DNA of 64,000 nucleotides from Bdellovibrionales bacterium (GTDB lineage Bacteria; Bdellovibrionota; Bdellovibrionia; Bdellovibrionales; JAUICD01): NCBI GenBank assembly GCA_965203275.1, contig OZ241865.1, positions 736,001 to 800,000 of the forward strand, read 5' to 3'. Shown piece by piece: positions 59,795 to 64,000 of this stretch (position 1 is its first letter; each line of letters starts with the position of its first letter). The notes under the pieces were generated by a model. It saw only the letters and a program-made list of their open reading frames with translations, ran no database searches and was not told where the DNA came from. The position numbers and the translations under genes were made by a program.

Positions 59795-60122
59795 ATTTAT
59801 TTCTTGTGTTTTTGTGTTACAGTAAGTCAGTAGCATTATTTGCATTTGATACTTATGAAAATTCTGAAATACTCTATAGATTAATGGGTTAGAGATAATA
59901 ATTTATTCGAAAAATATTTGACTTTGAAAGCATCTTTAGTTATGAATACAAAGAGTTTAAAGCTCAATCCCTTTTAAAAGGTGAAATATTATAGTATATT
60001 AAATGGAATTTTTTGGATTGGGGATATTTTTATGATGTAATTGATCACTATTGATTGTTATTGATTGTTATTGAAATGACCAGAAGCAATTTAAGTGAAA
60101 CGAAAACGAAAAGGATTTAAAA

Positions 60123-61028
60123 ATGAAAGTCCAATCTTCAAATCAAAATAAAGCTTATGCATCACCTCTTAGGGAGTTCTGGTATTTTTTTTCTCAAAAC
60201 AAGGGAGCAGTCGTTGGATTAATATTTATTATCATTTGTACAATAGTGGCTACATTTGCACCTTGGCTTGCACCCTATCCCCCCGATGCTGATGGGATAC
60301 ATCCTTTGTTCTTAGATCATATTAAGCAGTTTCCTGTTTGGCAGGGAGGTAGCTGGGAATTTGTATTAGGAACAGACGATATTGGTCGTGACCTTTTAAG
60401 TCGTCTGATCTATGGTGCAAGAGTTTCTTTAGGTGTAGGTTTTTCAGTTGTATGTTTTTCGGCTACAATAGGTTCTGCTATTGGATTAATTTCTGGTTAT
60501 GCAGGTGGACTTTTAGATAAAATTATTATGAGATGTACTGATATATTGATGTCCTTGCCAAGTATTTTATTAGCTATTGTAGTCGCTGCACTTTTAGGCC
60601 CTAACCTGTGGAATGCTATTTTTGCTGTGAGTATAGTAGCCATACCTGGTTTCATTCGAATTGCAAGAGCTGCTGTTCTTGCAGAAAAGAACAAACAATA
60701 TGTGACAGCTGTAAAGAGTTTTGGAAGTGGTCATTTTCGAGTATTGATTTTAAATATCTTACCTAATTGTGTGGCTCCTTTGATTGTTCAAGCAGCCTTG
60801 AGCTTTAGTGATGGTATTTTAAATGTTGCAGCCCTTGGATTTTTAGGATTAGGAGCTCAGCCTCCTACAGCTGAATGGGGAACCATGTTATCAGATGCTC
60901 GTAAGTTTAATGAAACGGCCCCTTATTTGGTCATACTTCCAGGTCTTTGTATTTTAATTGTTGTTTTAGCTTTTAATCTTTTAGGAGATGGCCTTCGGGA
61001 CACATTTGACCCCAAGCTTAAAAAATAA
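60123..61028 (+). CDS. dppC: Dipeptide ABC transporter permease (DppC-like)
   Basis: LGTDDIGRDLLSRLIYGARVSL, ILPN, LGFLGLGAQPPTAEWG, GDGLRD.FDP. Confidence 0.92.
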   Translation: MKVQSSNQNKAYASPLREFWYFFSQNKGAVVGLIFIIICTIVATFAPWLAPYPPDADGIHPLFLDHIKQFPVWQGGSWEFVLGTDDIGRDLLSRLIYGARVSLGVGFSVVCFSATIGSAIGLISGYAGGLLDKIIMRCTDILMSLPSILLAIVVAALLGPNLWNAIFAVSIVAIPGFIRIARAAVLAEKNKQYVTAVKSFGSGHFRVLILNILPNCVAPLIVQAALSFSDGILNVAALGFLGLGAQPPTAEWGTMLSDARKFNETAPYLVILPGLCILIVVLAFNLLGDGLRDTFDPKLKK

Positions 61029-62011
61029 TGCCTTTACTTGAAGTCGAAAACCTTAGTATTGAATTTGAAACCCTCAGGGGAAGACTGCGAGCTGTTGATG
61101 GTGTAAGCTTTCAGGTTCATCCTTCAGAAACACTTGGCATTGTAGGGGAATCAGGCTGTGGAAAAAGTTTAACAAGCCTTGCGGTTATGGGTTTGCTTTC
61201 TCCTAATGCCATTGTCACAGCAGATAAATTAATGTTTAAGGATATTGATCTGTTGAAAGCCAATCAGTCAGTCTTGCGTAAGATACGTGGCAAACATATT
61301 TCTATGATTTTTCAGGACCCTATGACCAGTTTAAATCCTAGTTTTACAGTGGCTTTTCAGATGGACGAAATTTTAAGAGTACATAAAATGGGCAATAAGG
61401 AGGAACGTAAAAAAAGAATCCTAGAGTTATTGCAATATGTAGGTATATCATCTGCAACTACTTGTATGAAAAGATATCCACATGAACTTTCTGGAGGTAT
61501 GAGTCAACGTGTGATGATTGCTATAGCTATGGCTTGTCAACCTGATCTTTTGATTGCAGATGAACCTACAACCGCTTTAGATGTGACCATGCAAGCACAA
61601 ATATTGGCACTGCTTCAAGAGTTAAAACTAGAAAATCAAATGGGTCTTATGTTGATCACACATGATATTGCAGTGGTGGCAAAGATGGCTGATAGGGTAC
61701 AAGTCATGTATGCTGGACAGGTGATTGAGTCATCTGATACTCAAAATATTATTCATAAGAGCTTACATCCTTACACTGATGGGCTTTTAAAGGCACTGCC
61801 TCATGCAGAGACTTCATCAGGTTATAGGCAGAGGCTTAATAGTATTGAAGGGGTTGTACCAGATCTTGTTCATCGTCCAACAGGGTGTCAATTTCATCCA
61901 AGATGTCAGTTTGCTCAAAGCAAATGCCAACAAGAAGACCCTGTTTGGGAGGAGACACAAAATAATCATTATACAAAGTGTTTTTATCCTCTGCTTTCTG
62001 ATCATAAGTAG
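61028..62011 (+). CDS. dppD: Dipeptide ABC transporter ATP-binding protein (DppD-like)
   Basis: GESGCGKS, FQDPMTSLNP, LSGGMSQR, ADEPTTALD. Confidence 0.92.
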   Translation: MPLLEVENLSIEFETLRGRLRAVDGVSFQVHPSETLGIVGESGCGKSLTSLAVMGLLSPNAIVTADKLMFKDIDLLKANQSVLRKIRGKHISMIFQDPMTSLNPSFTVAFQMDEILRVHKMGNKEERKKRILELLQYVGISSATTCMKRYPHELSGGMSQRVMIAIAMACQPDLLIADEPTTALDVTMQAQILALLQELKLENQMGLMLITHDIAVVAKMADRVQVMYAGQVIESSDTQNIIHKSLHPYTDGLLKALPHAETSSGYRQRLNSIEGVVPDLVHRPTGCQFHPRCQFAQSKCQQEDPVWEETQNNHYTKCFYPLLSDHK

Positions 62012-62018
62012 TAGGCTA

Positions 62019-63018
62019 TCTGGTATCCGGGATCCGGTATCTGGGATCCGGCAACCCGGCATCCCGGGATCCCGGGATCCGGCAACCCGGGATCCGGCAA
62101 CCCGGGATCCGGCAACCCGGCATCAAAAAGCACTTTTTCCTTAACATGGAGTTAAATGAGAAATGGATCCTCATTACTAAAAGTGGTCAGACAGCAAGCT
62201 TCTCTGAAGCTTGCCATGTAACAACACTAGGTGATGACCATTTTATCGACGTGAAATAAACATCTTGTTTCCTTAACATCGTGTAAAGAGACAAGAAGAT
62301 TCTTCCTACTAAAAATAAACGGATTTTTGAGGCAATCAGCCTTTGATCGACGGCGAGAGCCGTCGGGCTGATTGCCCAAAAACAGCCAGAGGCTGGTTTA
62401 TTTTTAGTGAAAGAGATAAGAAGGCGAGAGCCTTCGGCTGGCAACCAGAAAGTGACCAGAGGTCAGACCACTTTTAGTGAAACAGCTAACTCCCTAACCC
62501 CACCCACCGCCCTTCGATTCTGCTTTTTTATCTTATTTATGTATGAGTGGAATGCGGGGTCAGGCTTCCGAAGTCCTCAACCTTCGCTTGCTCTTGGGGA
62601 GCAAGCGGGTCTGCGGAAGATCTTCAGCCTGCCCCCGCCTCCCACTCATAATATTTATTTTTTGAAAGTTACACAGAATCTAAAAAAAATAAAAAAACAA
62701 AAAAAGAACTTTTTCCTTAACATCGTGTTCACCCGGGATCCGGGATCCGGCAACCGGCATCAGTTCCCGGTATGCCAGATTGCCGGATCCCAGATCCCGG
62801 ATCATGGGAGTGAATATAAATATCTTGTTTCCTTAACATGGAGTAAAAAAAACGAAGAGATCCTTACTTACTTAAAGTGAACAAGCTTTTGAGGCGATGA
62901 CCATTTTGTCAAAGGCGAAAGCCTTTGCGGTCATCGCCCAAAAGTGACCAGAGGTCAGTTCACTTTGAGTGAAACAGAGGCTAGTTCAATTTTAGGGAAA
63001 CAGACCACTTTTAGTGAA
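62019..63018. repeat. Modular palindromic repeat cluster 10
   Basis: Longest heptamer run (62019-62124), A hairpins 62307-62410 and 62868-62971, B hairpin ~62485-62712. Confidence 0.92.
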
Positions 63019-63066
63019 TCAATGAACCAACTCTTGCCTATTTCAGGGTAGGTCTGTAGGTCTCTA

Positions 63067-64000
63067 CTACCTCAAAGTATAATATTCTACTGTGATGACA
63101 GCATTGACTGTCCCTGCATGGCTTGGATCAACCCGAACACTATTCGTGTTAGGATCATACACAAAAGGTATTGATTTAGATGGCAATCCAGGTTCTTTCA
63201 ATAAGACCCTTGTCAAATTGGCAACAGGGCGATGTCTTAGAGTGGTCTGTAATGTTGATCTAAGTAATTCAGCGTCGATATGATTAAAAATAGATTGAAA
63301 GCCAGTTGTATAAGAACGAGATTGAGTAGGTATAGCAACTCCATTGACTGCCAGTACAAGTTCTTGAATTCCATAAGAAAATTCCTTGCTAGGACTACTT
63401 GGATGATTAGGATGTTTGTTGCTATCAAAAATGCCATGAATATTTAATCCTTGATCCCCTTTTAAACTCCTTAAAGCAGCTAGAACAGTGTTATGTGTAA
63501 TACCGCTACAGAACATATTGGCACCTCTTTGTTCATTTGGATCTTCGTCTCTATCTGAAGAAGGTGTATAAGAAAGGCTTCTAGCATAACTTGGAAATCT
63601 AGCACAAACCTCTGCTTCATCAGTTACAAAAATAATAACCAATGATGCATCAGAACGGAAAAATCCTAATTGTTGATTTTCTGTCAAACGTGTTCCACTG
63701 ATGCTTTCCATTATGGCCTTAAAATTCATTTCTTCACGTTCTTCTTTGTGTGCATCGCCCCGTTCTCGATGTTCACTGTTAACGTCTGCCTTTATTCTAT
63801 CAAACTTCTGTTTTAAATACCCTCGTATTTGTGATAAAGAAGATATAGCAGTAGACTTAAGTACTTTTGGTTCACCTCCTCCTTTGGTGGAAAAGATTTT
63901 TCCTGACCAAGGATGATCTGTTACAGCTGGAAGAGTGGCTATATTAAAATCAGCAGACGCATTTAAGCTGGATAAAAATTGATCTATGCCCTCTTCAACC
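63067..64000 (-). CDS. VWA-like domain protein, 5' end outside the window
   Basis: Frame stays open to the window edge (VEEGIDQFLSSL...); GFFRSDASLVIIFVTDE motif. Confidence 0.6.
   Translation of the reverse strand, partial: VEEGIDQFLSSLNASADFNIATLPAVTDHPWSGKIFSTKGGGEPKVLKSTAISSLSQIRGYLKQKFDRIKADVNSEHRERGDAHKEEREEMNFKAIMESISGTRLTENQQLGFFRSDASLVIIFVTDEAEVCARFPSYARSLSYTPSSDRDEDPNEQRGANMFCSGITHNTVLAALRSLKGDQGLNIHGIFDSNKHPNHPSSPSKEFSYGIQELVLAVNGVAIPTQSRSYTTGFQSIFNHIDAELLRSTLQTTLRHRPVANLTRVLLKEPGLPSKSIPFVYDPNTNSVRVDPSHAGTVNAVITVEYYTLR

Noticed and set aside
59795..60122. Possible decayed dppB upstream of dppC
   Set aside because: No recognisable permease motif in any frame by eye.

Overview
AT-rich bacterial chromosomal window. 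The gene content (RomR-like regulator, alpha2-type GlyRS, ppdK, many signal-peptide orphans) suggests a Bdellovibrionota/Oligoflexia-like organism; this is an inference. It carries housekeeping genes (glyQS, dnaE, dapF, hbd, birA, infA, dacB, ppdK, purF, dnaB, murE, dppC/D/F), three tRNAs (Phe, Thr, Ser), a type III R-M locus with two tandem mod genes that differ in their specificity domains, ankyrin proteins, a Fic protein and a secreted ClpN + 8x winged-helix repeat protein. The most striking feature is non-coding. About ten intergenic clusters are mosaics of a few modules: (A) a ~100-bp branched stem-loop whose sequence varies while base pairing, a bulged A and G-N-N-A loops are kept; (B) a ~230-bp long hairpin; (C) a CTTAACA-N3-TGTTAAG palindrome with a GAGGATCCTC palindrome; (D) GGGATCC-type heptamer runs. 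Two clusters carry a four-helix-bundle (IVS/Avd-like) gene with a hairpin-occluded RBS. No recombinase, RAYT or reverse transcriptase is visible in the window. All calls are by eye, without database searches.
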